Made by a program: the position numbers and the translations under genes. From contig OZ251539.1 in assembly GCA_965243135.1 (NCBI GenBank), forward strand, positions 3,456,001 through 3,520,000: DNA of 64,000 nucleotides, written 5' to 3'. The notes below the pieces were generated by a model, which made no database searches, was not told where the DNA came from, and saw only the letters and a list, made by a program, of their open reading frames with translations. Positions 50,729-60,360 of the stretch are shown here, one piece after another. The stretch comes from Alphaproteobacteria bacterium. Its GTDB lineage: Bacteria; Pseudomonadota; Alphaproteobacteria; MPNO01; UBA830. Each line of letters starts with the position of its first letter. Within the stretch, counting starts at the first letter, position 1.

Positions 50729-51038
50729 CGAGGCGTTTGCGCTACGCCATTTTTTGTGAGCTGACGTCCGCTCGGCGCCTCGCGAGCCGCTCCGGCCGCC
50801 CGTCTGCAGGCCCTCGAGGGTCGCTCAGGCGGGCGAATGGGCAACAAAACGGAATATCCGGTTGCCTTGGCACCGTGCGGCTAACTCGGAGCGATCGGGC
50901 CATAACTCGGGCGATGCGGTCGTGGAACGGCTTGGGGTGGAATCTGCGAAAATGGCGCTCTCGGCGTGGAAAATTCGCAGCTTTCCGTACCTGAATCGAG
51001 GTAAAGAAAATTCAGCGATCCCGCAATCTTCACGTATT
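50729..51038 (+). repeat. ~310-bp structured direct repeat, copy 1
   Basis: Aligns to 51715-52027; the block GGCGTGGAAAATTCGCAG...CGCAATCTTCA is identical; weaker similarity continues to about 51062. Confidence 0.95.
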
Positions 51039-51187
51039 TCAATATGATAGAGAAAACGCAAGAGAGTCTGGAATGGAAACCGCTACCGTCGCAGTCATTG
51101 CCAAACAAGCTGTCGATTCCTGTTGTCGACGTATCTCGTTGGCAGAAATCGCAGCAACGAAGGCCCGGTATATTTATAATCTCTCGC

Positions 51188-51619
51188 TCATGTGTAGTAG
51201 AGTTTCCAGATACCCCTGATCACCGATTTCTTATTCCACCCCACTTTTTTGTCGGCTGCCGCGGCAACAACGGACGACGCTCTTTCTTGACCCCAAGGGT
51301 CGACAGCGAGTATCGGTTTTGTGTAATTCCTAGCACCGTTGATTTCTCGCTGGATCCACTTACTGTAGTTTGCATACATCCCAGTGGGAATCACGATGAC
51401 ATGGCAACGTGCGATCTTGGCGCAGATCGCTTGGTTAAGTTTCTTTACCGTCCTTGCATTATGTATCGGATCATCCTTCGGCACAGAATAATCGTGCAGG
51501 GCTAATGAAGCCGACCCGAATCTCCATTTGCCGTCGAATATCCACGATGACAAGGTATTGTAGTGCTTTGAATATGTCCAAGAATGACTGATGAACACAT
51601 GGATACGGTGTGTACTCAT
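51188..51619 (-). CDS. Stand-alone TIR-domain protein (ThsB/MTH538-like)
   Basis: VFISHSW, DYSVP, SKWIQREI (putative catalytic Glu), KPILAV; AGGAG RBS; AT-rich. Confidence 0.85.
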   Translation of the reverse strand: MSTHRIHVFISHSWTYSKHYNTLSSWIFDGKWRFGSASLALHDYSVPKDDPIHNARTVKKLNQAICAKIARCHVIVIPTGMYANYSKWIQREINGARNYTKPILAVDPWGQERASSVVAAAADKKVGWNKKSVIRGIWKLYYT

Positions 51620-51714
51620 CGCTCCTGCCTCCGGTACGTTCCATACTCACAATATAATGGCTGTTTGTTCACAGGTAGGACGATTGTATCGATTTTTCAC
51701 CCCCTGACCCGATT

Positions 51715-52027
51715 CGAGGCGTTTGCGCTGCGCCATTTTTGTCAGCTGATGTCCGCTCGGAGTCCCGCGAGTCGCTCCAGCCGCCCGTCTGCAGACCCGC
51801 AAGGGTCGCGCTGGCGGGCGGATGGGCGACAAAAACGGAATATCCGGTTACCCCCTGGCACCATGTGGCGCACTCGGGGTAAGTCGGGCTGTGACTCGGG
51901 CGACGCGGTTGTGGAACGGCTTGGGGTGGAATCCGCGAAAATGGCGCTCCCGGCGTGGAAAATTCGCAGCTTTCCGTACCTGAATCGAGGTAAAGAAAAT
52001 TCAGCGATCCCGCAATCTTCATGTATT
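51715..52027 (+). repeat. ~310-bp structured direct repeat, copy 2
   Basis: Same orientation as copy 1, start 986 bp downstream. Confidence 0.95.
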
Positions 52028-52134
52028 ATGCCAGAGAAAATTCAAAGATCTCCACGGCGCGACGCTGTCGATAACCGGCGATATGAACAGTGCCATGATC
52101 TGTCCGGTTCTAGACTCTTCTTTCGCTGGAGAAG

Positions 52135-52470
52135 CTTCCTTAGCGCTTACCACACCGTGTCGTGGCTTGACCTATAGTTCCACCACCTTCTGGGCCAGCA
52201 ACTGCAATGACCAATTGCCTTCGAGGCGGCCCCTGACGCAAGGCAATGACCCTGGCTTCCGCCTCGCTATCGAGAGACTGCGCAGCGCCTCGCGCCACTT
52301 CGTTCCAGAGTTCGCTCGAAACCTCTCTCGACAAAATTCTGTCCAACGTCCGTCTTGGTCCGGTACGAAACCGCATCCACGGATCGATCTATGCCGGGCC
52401 GTCGGCGTCCGTCTTCAACAGAATCTGGGCGCTGCGGACCCTCTCGCTGCTGCCTTTCAGCCAGTGGAGT
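52135..52470 (-). mobile_element. IS630-family transposase relic
   Basis: LKGSSERVRSAQILLKTDADGPA, LDSEAEARVIALRQGPP, WSLQLLAQKVVEL, SHDTV, broken by stops and frameshifts. Confidence 0.75.
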
Positions 52471-52745
52471 CGATAGGGCCGCGGGTGCGCGGTCCCGCAC
52501 CGTCGATCCTCAAGATATGCAAGCCTTACTTCTGGAAGTGTGTCGGTCTTCATCCGTTCTCGGCAATGTTGACTGAACCTCGGGCCCACGGCGCGGCGGG
52601 CGAGGCGAGAAAAGCATTGATCAAGCCCGCTCGTATGGTATCGATAGGCATGCTACCGGTGCGGGATCCGGTCGAAGGCTTCCTTGGGAACATCGGGAAC
52701 GCCCTCGAGACCCGGCGGCTGAATTGCGGATTTTGAGGGTTTCCG

Positions 52746-53975
52746 ATGAGAAGAACCGAATTGACCGACCTGCTCCTCGGCGGCGAGAACTCGATCGTGG
52801 AGTTCAAGCGGAGCGATGTGCAGAGCCACGATCTGGCCAAGGACCTCGTAGCTTTTCTCAACGTTGCAGGCGGCGCAGTCCTGCTCGGCGTCGAGGACGA
52901 CGGCAGCGTTTCCGGCGTTGCGGGCGACCGGCTTGAGAAATGGATCAGAGAACTATGCCGAACCAAGATCGAGCCGCAGGTCGTCCCGCTTCTTTCGTGG
53001 ATTCGGGACGTGGAACCGGGCCGGGACGTGCTTGCGGTCCGTGTCACGCAGGGCCCGGACACCCCCTACAGCCTCATCCATAACGGCCAAAGGACTTACT
53101 ACCTTCGCCTCGGCGCCGCCTCCCGGAAAGCGAGCGGCGAGGAAATGGAAAGTCTCTATCCGGCGGCCGAACGTCTGCGATACGGCATGACGCCGGTGCC
53201 GGGCGCCACCTTCAACGCCCTCGACCTCGACCGCCTTCGCCATTACCTTATCCACGTCCTCGAAATGGACGCGCCGGCGAGGGACGCCCGCCGCGGATGG
53301 GAAACGCTGCTATGCGCTCGCGATTTGATGGCCGAATCCGTCGGCACATGCGTCGCGACCGTTAACGGGCTGCTCCTCTTCGGCAACCACCCGCGCCGGT
53401 ACCTGCCGCAATCGGGCATCCGCGCGGTCTGCTATCCGGGCGTCGAATCCGACCACGCGACGCGCGCAGATGAATACCTTCACGGTGCCATAGTGCCGTC
53501 GACAAGCGTCGCCGCCGTCGCGAAGGAGCTGGGACTCGTCGAACAGGCGTGCGATTTCGTGCGTCGCAACGCGTCGCCGACCGCTCATCTCGACGGCGCC
53601 CGCAGGATCGACGGGCGGGAATATCCGGAGAGCGTGGTCAGGGAAGCGTTGATGAACGCGCTCGTCCACCGCGACTTCAGCGTCGCCCGAGCGTGCGTGA
53701 CGCTGGTTCTCTACGCAGACCGCCTGGAAATCCAGAGTCCCGGCAGATTGCCCGGCACGATGACGGTCGACAAGGTGAAGGCAGGTTCGCGCCACGCGCG
53801 CAACCAAACGCTGTACTACGTCATGCGCGACTGCCATCCTGCCGATATTCGAAAGAGGGGGATGCGAAACGGGATAATCGCCGGAATGCGGGATCATAAC
53901 GGCATCGAACCCGATCTGATCGAGGAGGAGCGCAGCTTTACTGTCCGCCTGTGGAAAACGCGGAAGGTTGCGTGA
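52746..53975 (+). CDS. AlbA_2/Schlafen-domain protein with RecG-C-like region
   Basis: GENSIVEFKR, LVAFLN..GG.VLLGVEDDG, REALMNALVHRDF, SPGRLP. Confidence 0.85.
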   Translation: MRRTELTDLLLGGENSIVEFKRSDVQSHDLAKDLVAFLNVAGGAVLLGVEDDGSVSGVAGDRLEKWIRELCRTKIEPQVVPLLSWIRDVEPGRDVLAVRVTQGPDTPYSLIHNGQRTYYLRLGAASRKASGEEMESLYPAAERLRYGMTPVPGATFNALDLDRLRHYLIHVLEMDAPARDARRGWETLLCARDLMAESVGTCVATVNGLLLFGNHPRRYLPQSGIRAVCYPGVESDHATRADEYLHGAIVPSTSVAAVAKELGLVEQACDFVRRNASPTAHLDGARRIDGREYPESVVREALMNALVHRDFSVARACVTLVLYADRLEIQSPGRLPGTMTVDKVKAGSRHARNQTLYYVMRDCHPADIRKRGMRNGIIAGMRDHNGIEPDLIEEERSFTVRLWKTRKVA

Positions 53976-54625
53976 TGCCTTGCGATCTCCCTGCGGAAGT
54001 CGGTTGCCGATCTGCAGATGTATCGCGGCAGGAGTTCCGTTTCTGCGGATGTTCCGCAAGCGCCGGAAGCCGAAGCGCGACCCGGCGCTGCGCCTTGACG
54101 CGAAAGCGCCGGTCGACTGCATTTGCTGTGCGGAACTTTCGATAGCCTGATGGCCTGCGGAGTTTCGGCGCTTCGCTCCGGCACCCTCGAGCCGGGCGGC
54201 GCGCGTCTTGGTTCGCGAACGGGGCCGACATGGCGTTTCGCCGAAAGCGAACGGCTTGCAGGAGCCGGAACGCGGCTTCCACCCGTCGATCCCGCGAACA
54301 GACCGCGCTCTTCTTCGGCCCGCAGCCCTCGGTCATGTCGCGGCGGGTCGCGTCTGCCGCTTCCGCATCGCCTGCACCGGCAGGGCGCATACGGGCCGGC
54401 GTCGGGCCGACGGCCCGACAGCGTCCTGTCGCAAGCTGCCTGCCGACGGAGACAGCGCGGCGGAACCGGATGACGCGCCGCTCGGCAACCGAAACCCGAG
54501 CGCGTCTCGTGGAGAAAACTGCGCATGCTTTCGTCCACCGCCCGATTGCCTCCCGGTAGGCGGACGCGAGCGTCCGCCTGTCGCGCTGGACGCGCGCTCC
54601 TTTGCCGGATAGCCGCTTTCCGCCA

Positions 54626-56113
54626 ATGACCGAATCGGAAGATTTCGGCCGGCGCCCCGGACGGGTCGTCGCCGCGCTCTGCGCGGCGCAGGCGCTTTTC
54701 TGGACTCTCGCGCCCGCCTTGTCGCACAACGCGCTTCCGCTCGATACGGTCGAAATGCTGGTCTGGGGACGCGAAGGCGTCGTCGCGACCTACAAGCACC
54801 CGAATCTTCCCGGACTTCTGCTGGAAGCGGCGCGGCTCGTTTCGTTCGGCGCGACGTGGACGGCCTACGCGATCACGCAGGCCTGCATCGTCGCGACCTT
54901 CGCCGCCGTCTATCTGTTGGGCCGCGATCTTCTGGGACCGGCCCGCGCGCTCGCCGGGACGTTGCTGCTGACCGGCATTTACTATTTTTCCTGGCCGACT
55001 CCCGAGATGAAGCACAACCTGATGGAGATGCCGCTCTGGGCATGGCTGTGCCTGGCGCTGTGGCGTTCGACCAGAAGCGGGCGGCTCTCCTATTGGATCG
55101 CGCTCGCCGCGTTCGCCGGCCTCGCCGTGTGGGCCAAATACTCCGCGGCGGTCGCGCTGGCCGCCGCCGCCGCGTGGATATGCGCCGACGCGCAGGCGAG
55201 GGCAGCGCTCGCAGCGCCGCAACCGTGGATCGGATTGGCCGCATTCGCGGCGATCGTCGCGCCGCAGGCCGCCTTCCTGATCGAAACCGACCTGCTGCCC
55301 CTCGAGTACGCGTCCGAGAGGGCCGGCCGGGCCGACGGCCCGGCGCAGTTCCTGCTCGCGCAAATCGCCAATCACGGAGCTTTTTTCGTCATGGCCGCCG
55401 TCGCCGGCCTGTTCGGCGCCGGAGCCGTCCGTTCGTCCTCGAACCCGGACGCCCGCCGCTTTCTGGCGATCATGGGGTTGTGCCCCGCCCTGCTGGCGGC
55501 CGCGCTCGCGACGGCCGCGGGAACCGGTCTCCGGGACATGTGGGGCATGCCGATGTTCAACCTTTCGGGCCTTTTGCTCGTCGCCCTGCTCCCGGGACGG
55601 CTGAACGAGACCGGACTGCGCCGGCTGACCGCCTTCTCGTTCCTGCTCGTCGCCGCAGTCCCGGCGGTCTACGCCGCCTCGGTGCTGTGGCGCGGCGCGC
55701 TGTCCGATCGGCCGTCGCGGGCGGTTTGGCCGCAGGCGGCCATATCCCGCGCGCTGACCGAAGCCTGGATTCGCGAAACCGGCCGGCCGCTGCGCATCGT
55801 CGCCGGGCCGACCTGGGAAGCGGGCCTGGTCGCCCTCGGAGCGCCGGGATCTCCGTCGGTGCTGATCGACGGTTCGGCCCGAAAATCTCCGTGGGTGAAC
55901 GCGGCGGACGTCGCCCGGTTCGGCGCGCTCGCCGTCTGGCGAACCGGCGCGCCGCCCGCGCCGGACCTGCAGGCGCTGATCGGAGGACTTCCGGTCCGGC
56001 GGGAAACCTTCCGGTGGACCGATTCCGTCAGCGCGCGCCCGATCCGGTTGTCGTGGACGGCGATTCTTCCCCGCGCCTCCGAAAGACGTAGAAGCCGTTC
56101 AAAAGATAGGTGA
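54626..56113 (+). CDS. Glycosyltransferase family 39/83-like (ArnT/PMT-type) membrane protein
   Basis: LPLDTVEM..WGRE....YKHPNLP, WAKYS, many TM segments. Confidence 0.8.
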   Translation: MTESEDFGRRPGRVVAALCAAQALFWTLAPALSHNALPLDTVEMLVWGREGVVATYKHPNLPGLLLEAARLVSFGATWTAYAITQACIVATFAAVYLLGRDLLGPARALAGTLLLTGIYYFSWPTPEMKHNLMEMPLWAWLCLALWRSTRSGRLSYWIALAAFAGLAVWAKYSAAVALAAAAAWICADAQARAALAAPQPWIGLAAFAAIVAPQAAFLIETDLLPLEYASERAGRADGPAQFLLAQIANHGAFFVMAAVAGLFGAGAVRSSSNPDARRFLAIMGLCPALLAAALATAAGTGLRDMWGMPMFNLSGLLLVALLPGRLNETGLRRLTAFSFLLVAAVPAVYAASVLWRGALSDRPSRAVWPQAAISRALTEAWIRETGRPLRIVAGPTWEAGLVALGAPGSPSVLIDGSARKSPWVNAADVARFGALAVWRTGAPPAPDLQALIGGLPVRRETFRWTDSVSARPIRLSWTAILPRASERRRSRSKDR

Positions 56114-56456
56114 CGACCGCGGCGACGCCGGTGAACAGGACGAAGCCGACGCTGTAGTTCAGGCCCGCCCAGTCGGCCCACAAGGCCATCGCCCCCGAAT
56201 GAATGCCGATGACGCATGCGTAAACCGCGAGGAAGCGCAACGAGGCGCCGCCGTGCGCAACCTTCGACCGCATGACGAAATAACGGTTGCCGAGATACGA
56301 AACCACCATCGCGCAGGGCGTGGCGAGGGCATTCGCCATGGCGACGGGCGTCATCTCCGCCGCTTCCACGAGCAGAACCAGAATGGCGTAGTGAACCGCC
56401 GTGGCGGTCAGGCCGCATATGACGAAGCGGACGACCCGGCGCGCTTCGTCACGCAC
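56028..56456 (-). CDS. GtrA family protein
   Basis: RFVICGLTATAVHY, SYLGNRYFV, four TM segments. Confidence 0.85.
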   Translation of the reverse strand: MRDEARRVVRFVICGLTATAVHYAILVLLVEAAEMTPVAMANALATPCAMVVSYLGNRYFVMRSKVAHGGASLRFLAVYACVIGIHSGAMALWADWAGLNYSVGFVLFTGVAAVVTYLLNGFYVFRRRGEESPSTTTGSGAR

Positions 56457-57407
56457 CGCCGCCGACGGCCTCGACCTCCGACACGAGAGACGCGACGTTC
56501 GCGCCGATCTCGGACGGATAGCGGAAGCCGAACCCGTTCATCAGCAGAGCGACCAGGCTGAGCGCCGCGGTCTGCAGAAAGGCCAGAACCAGAAATCCGG
56601 TCACGATGGTCAGCCACCCCGGCGTCGCCTCGCCCGCCAGCTTGAGCCCGACCGCTATGGCGAGCGCGACCACGCTGAACGACGCGGCGCCGACGCAGAC
56701 AAGTCCCATCCGGGTCAGCACGGCGTCGTCGAATACGGCGATCGCCCTGATTCCGTGCAGCGCGAGGCCGGAAAAATTCATCCGGGAACGGCCGGCGTAG
56801 CGCTTGCCGCGATCGATCGGGATCTCTGTCCGGCGCAGACCGGACTTTATCAGCGCGGCGGCCAGATGAAGCCGGTCTCGTGCATTGCGGCCAGCCTCTC
56901 CAGGCCCCGGCGATCGATCGCGCAGAAATTGCCGAACCGGATCCGGCGGCCGGTGAGAAGGCCGAAAAACAGGCGATACAGCCCATAGCAGAAACGGAAG
57001 GAAAACCTCTCCGTCCGGCGCCTGCGGAGCGCGACGACCGCATTGCAACCTCCGGCCGCCTCCAACAGGCACCGGATGTCTTCGGGCCTGTCCTCGCCGT
57101 CGCAATCCATGACCACCGCCCCGGAGAAGCGCGGCTCCGCCGCGACCCGATGCAGGCCCGCGCATATCGCCGTCTGATGGCCGACGTTCCGCTTCAGGCG
57201 AAGAATCCTGCCCGCGAGTCCGGCCTCCGCGATGGAAGCGGCGGCGGGCGGATCGACGGACGAACCGTCGTCCACGGCGACGATTTCCAGGCGCGCGCCC
57301 AGATCGAGCCGCGACAGGTCGCGGCAAAGGCGCGCGAACGACGCCCCGTCCTCGAACACCGGAGTGACGATCGCCCAGGTCGCGGAATCGTCACGGGCGC
57401 GCAACAT
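56449..57407 (-). pseudogene. Glycosyltransferase family 2 (polyprenol-phosphate GT), one frameshift near 56872
   Basis: N-terminal frame: VDDGS, NVGHQTAI, DCDGEDRP, FGNF; C-terminal frame: HLAAAL...RYAGRSRMN and two TM segments. Confidence 0.8.
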
Positions 57408-58374
57408 CGATCCGATCTCCCGGAACGGTCTTCAACAACTCGCGAAACCAGGCGGCGGTGATCCCGATCCCCTCCTCGAGCGGGACGCGGGGCGTCCAGC
57501 CGAGCAGGGCGGAGGCGCGCGAGATGTCAGGCTTCCGCCGCAACGGATCGTCTTCCCCTTGTTCCAGACGGACGGTGCCCGACCCGCCGCCGCAAATCCG
57601 CAGTACGGTCTCGGCGAGCGCGGCGATCGTCGTTTCTTCGGGCTTGCCGAGATTCACCGGGCCGGGGGGGGCATCGTCCAGGTCCATATACGCCAGCAAT
57701 CCGTCCACCAGATCGTCCACGAAGCAGAACGACCGGGTCTGGAGGCCGTCGCCCACGAGCGTCAACGGGTGGCCGAGCAGCGCCTGAACGATGAAGTTGG
57801 AAACCACGCGCCCGTCCGAGGCGTGCATGCGCGGGCCGTAGGTGTTGAAGATTCTCGCCACCCTTATGTCGACGCCGTGCTGTCGATGGTAGTCGAAAAA
57901 CAGGGTCTCCGCGCATCGCTTGCCTTCGTCGTAGCAAGCGCGAGGCCCGATCGGATTGACGTTGCCCCAATCCTCCTCCTTCTGAGGATGGGCGAGCGGG
58001 TCGCCGTAGACCTCGCTGGTCGACGCCTGAAGGATGCGGGCGCCGCATCGCTGCGCGAGGTCGAGCATGTTGATCGCGCCGTGAACGGAGGTCTTCACGG
58101 TCTGCACCGGATCGTGCTGGTAATGAATCGGACTCGCCGGGCAGGCCAGATTGAAGATCCGGTCGACTTCGAGCCGCATCGGCTCGGTGACGTCGTGCCG
58201 AACGAGCTCGAAGTTCGCCTTGCCGAGCAGGCCGGCGACGTTGGCCTTGCTGCCCGTGAAAAAATTATCGAGGCAGATCACGTCGTGGCCTTGCGCCACC
58301 AGACGGTCGCAGACGTGCGAACCGATGAAGCCGGCTCCGCCGGTGACCAGCACCCTGTCGGCATAATGCTTCAT
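57391..58374 (-). CDS. uxs: UDP-glucuronic acid decarboxylase (UDP-xylose synthase)
   Basis: [51 protein letters not shown]. Confidence 0.9.
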   Translation of the reverse strand: MKHYADRVLVTGGAGFIGSHVCDRLVAQGHDVICLDNFFTGSKANVAGLLGKANFELVRHDVTEPMRLEVDRIFNLACPASPIHYQHDPVQTVKTSVHGAINMLDLAQRCGARILQASTSEVYGDPLAHPQKEEDWGNVNPIGPRACYDEGKRCAETLFFDYHRQHGVDIRVARIFNTYGPRMHASDGRVVSNFIVQALLGHPLTLVGDGLQTRSFCFVDDLVDGLLAYMDLDDAPPGPVNLGKPEETTIAALAETVLRICGGGSGTVRLEQGEDDPLRRKPDISRASALLGWTPRVPLEEGIGITAAWFRELLKTVPGDRIDVARP

Positions 58375-58535
58375 TCGCGCGTCGCCGGAGACTTCAAGCG
58401 CATTTCGAATCTCTTCCGTTCCGGAGACGCGTCGCCGGGTCTTTCGCGAAAGGTGGTCGGGCCGGCGGGCGGCCGAAGATCGGCCTGGCGGCAGCGTATG
58501 TGGGAACGGCCGGGGAATCAAGGGGGAAGGAAGCG

Positions 58536-58594
58536 GAGGCGTTTGCGCTGCGCCGTTCCCCGTCCCGCCGTTCGCTCCGCCCGCCCGCCGGCAG
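58536..58594 (+). repeat. Degenerate, internally deleted third copy of the 50.7/51.7 kb repeat
   Basis: GAGGCGTTTGCGCTGCGCC identical to 51716-51734, followed by GTCCCGC...TCGCTCC..CCGCCCG.C.GCAG matching copy 2. Confidence 0.7.
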
Positions 58595-58771
58595 GGCGGC
58601 GGCGTCCGGCGAAACCCGGTTTCCGCGGGGCGGCCGCGACCCGGACTTCCGCCCCGGTTTCCGGCGTCCGCGCTTGCGCACCTGCCGTCCGATGGAATAG
58701 GGATGCGCGGGAAACCGGGATCGGCAGGCGCCGCCCGCCGTAAGGGCCGGACGCAGAAAAGGGAACGAAGC

Positions 58772-60307
58772 ATGGCCGGCAGAACCGCTTTCGGCGATTT
58801 GAGAGGCTGGATCGAGGCGTTGCGCGCGACCGGCGAACTCGAAGAGATCGGCGGCGAGGTCGACTGGAACGTCGAGATCGGCAACGTCGTCCGCATGCTG
58901 CAGGGCAGCGGCGACGGACCGGCATTCCTGTTCACCAACATCAAGGACTACAACGGGCCCGACGCCCTTTGCTCGAGGATCTTTACCGGCGGCCAGGCCA
59001 GCTACTCCCGGATCGCCATGATGTTCGGCCTGGAGAGGGATACGCCGGCGCGGGAACTGGTTCGCATCTGCAGAACGATCTTCCAGGAGCGGGTCGAGCC
59101 TCGCGTCGTCAAGGACGGCCCCGTGAAACGCAACGTCGTCGCCGGCGACGACGTCGATCTGCTCAGGTTCCCCGTGCCCAAATGGAACCGGCTGGACGGC
59201 GGCCGGTACGTGCTCACCTACGCCGGCTGCGTGACCAAGGATCCCGACACCGGAGTTCACAACGTCGGCATCTATCGCGGCATGGTCGGCGGGCCGGCGT
59301 CGATCCCGGTGCTCATGTGGCGGGCGCAGCACTGGGGGGCGCATTACGCCGCCCACGAGCGGCGCGGCGACGAGATGCCGGTCGCCTACGTGATCGGATG
59401 GGAGCCGTCCCTCGGCTTCACGGCCGGAGCGCCGGTGCCCCGCAACGTGTCGGAATACGAGGTGATGGGCGCGATCCGCGGCGAACCGGTCGATCTCGTC
59501 CCCTGCGAAACCGTGCCGCTGATGGTGCCCGCGTCGGCCGAGATCGTCATCGAGGGCTGGATTTCGACCGATCCGTCGACCTTCTCCGAGGAAGGCCCCT
59601 ACGCCGAGTTCACCGGATACTACGCGACGGAACGCACGCGGAAGCACACGACGCGGGTGACCTGCATCACGCATCGCGACGATCCGATCTTCCGCGGCAC
59701 GGTGGAAGGCGCGATCCCCGGCAGCGTCGGCGAGAACCCCATCATGAGCTCGGTCCAGAGATCGGCGGTCGCCTGGAACGCGCTCGAAAGCGCCGGCGTC
59801 CCCGGCGTCGTGGACGTGTTCGGCCATCCGATCCACGCCGCCGTCAACGTCAACGTCGCGATACGGCAGACCTATCGCGGCCAGGCGCGGCAGGTGGCGG
59901 CCGCGCTGTGGGGCGATTCGTCCTCCCACGTTCGCTACAAGCACGTCACCGTGGTCGACGACGACATCGATATCCACGATTACGAAGCGGTCGACTGGGC
60001 CTGCGCCTGGCGGTTCAACGCCGGCGAGGACGACCTCATGGTCTACCCGGCCAACTGGGGCGCGGGACTGGACCCCAGCGTAAGGCGCCGCGACGCCGAC
60101 GCCCTGCGGTTCGGAACCGGCAAATGGAGCCGGGTGCTGGTCGACGCCACGGTCAACCTCGATTACGAACCCGAGCGCGACGGGCGCCGCTACCCGCCGA
60201 CCGTCAGTCCTTCGGACGAGGACATGCGCGCGGTCGAAGGCAGATGGGACGCGCTGAAACTGTCCGGCAAATGGCGGAAACGGCTGGGATCGCGGCCCGA
60301 CGATTGA
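58772..60307 (+). CDS. UbiD family (de)carboxylase
   Basis: [37 protein letters not shown]. Confidence 0.92.
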   Translation: MAGRTAFGDLRGWIEALRATGELEEIGGEVDWNVEIGNVVRMLQGSGDGPAFLFTNIKDYNGPDALCSRIFTGGQASYSRIAMMFGLERDTPARELVRICRTIFQERVEPRVVKDGPVKRNVVAGDDVDLLRFPVPKWNRLDGGRYVLTYAGCVTKDPDTGVHNVGIYRGMVGGPASIPVLMWRAQHWGAHYAAHERRGDEMPVAYVIGWEPSLGFTAGAPVPRNVSEYEVMGAIRGEPVDLVPCETVPLMVPASAEIVIEGWISTDPSTFSEEGPYAEFTGYYATERTRKHTTRVTCITHRDDPIFRGTVEGAIPGSVGENPIMSSVQRSAVAWNALESAGVPGVVDVFGHPIHAAVNVNVAIRQTYRGQARQVAAALWGDSSSHVRYKHVTVVDDDIDIHDYEAVDWACAWRFNAGEDDLMVYPANWGAGLDPSVRRRDADALRFGTGKWSRVLVDATVNLDYEPERDGRRYPPTVSPSDEDMRAVEGRWDALKLSGKWRKRLGSRPDD

Positions 60308-60360
60308 CTCGCGGGCCGAATGACGGGAAAACCCGACTTCCCACGCAATGAAGGAGCGAC

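Noticed and set aside
51044-51505. 153-aa plus-strand ORF after repeat 1
   Set aside because: Antisense to the TIR gene, no motifs.
50729-52027. CRISPR array or composite-transposon ends
   Set aside because: Only two long copies, no short repeat-spacer periodicity, no cas genes, no terminal inverted repeats and no transposase inside the repeats.
56028-56113. 86-bp convergent overlap of GT39 and gtrA as a regulatory feature
   Set aside because: Most simply explained by low-complexity C-terminal extensions after stop-codon loss in GC-rich DNA.
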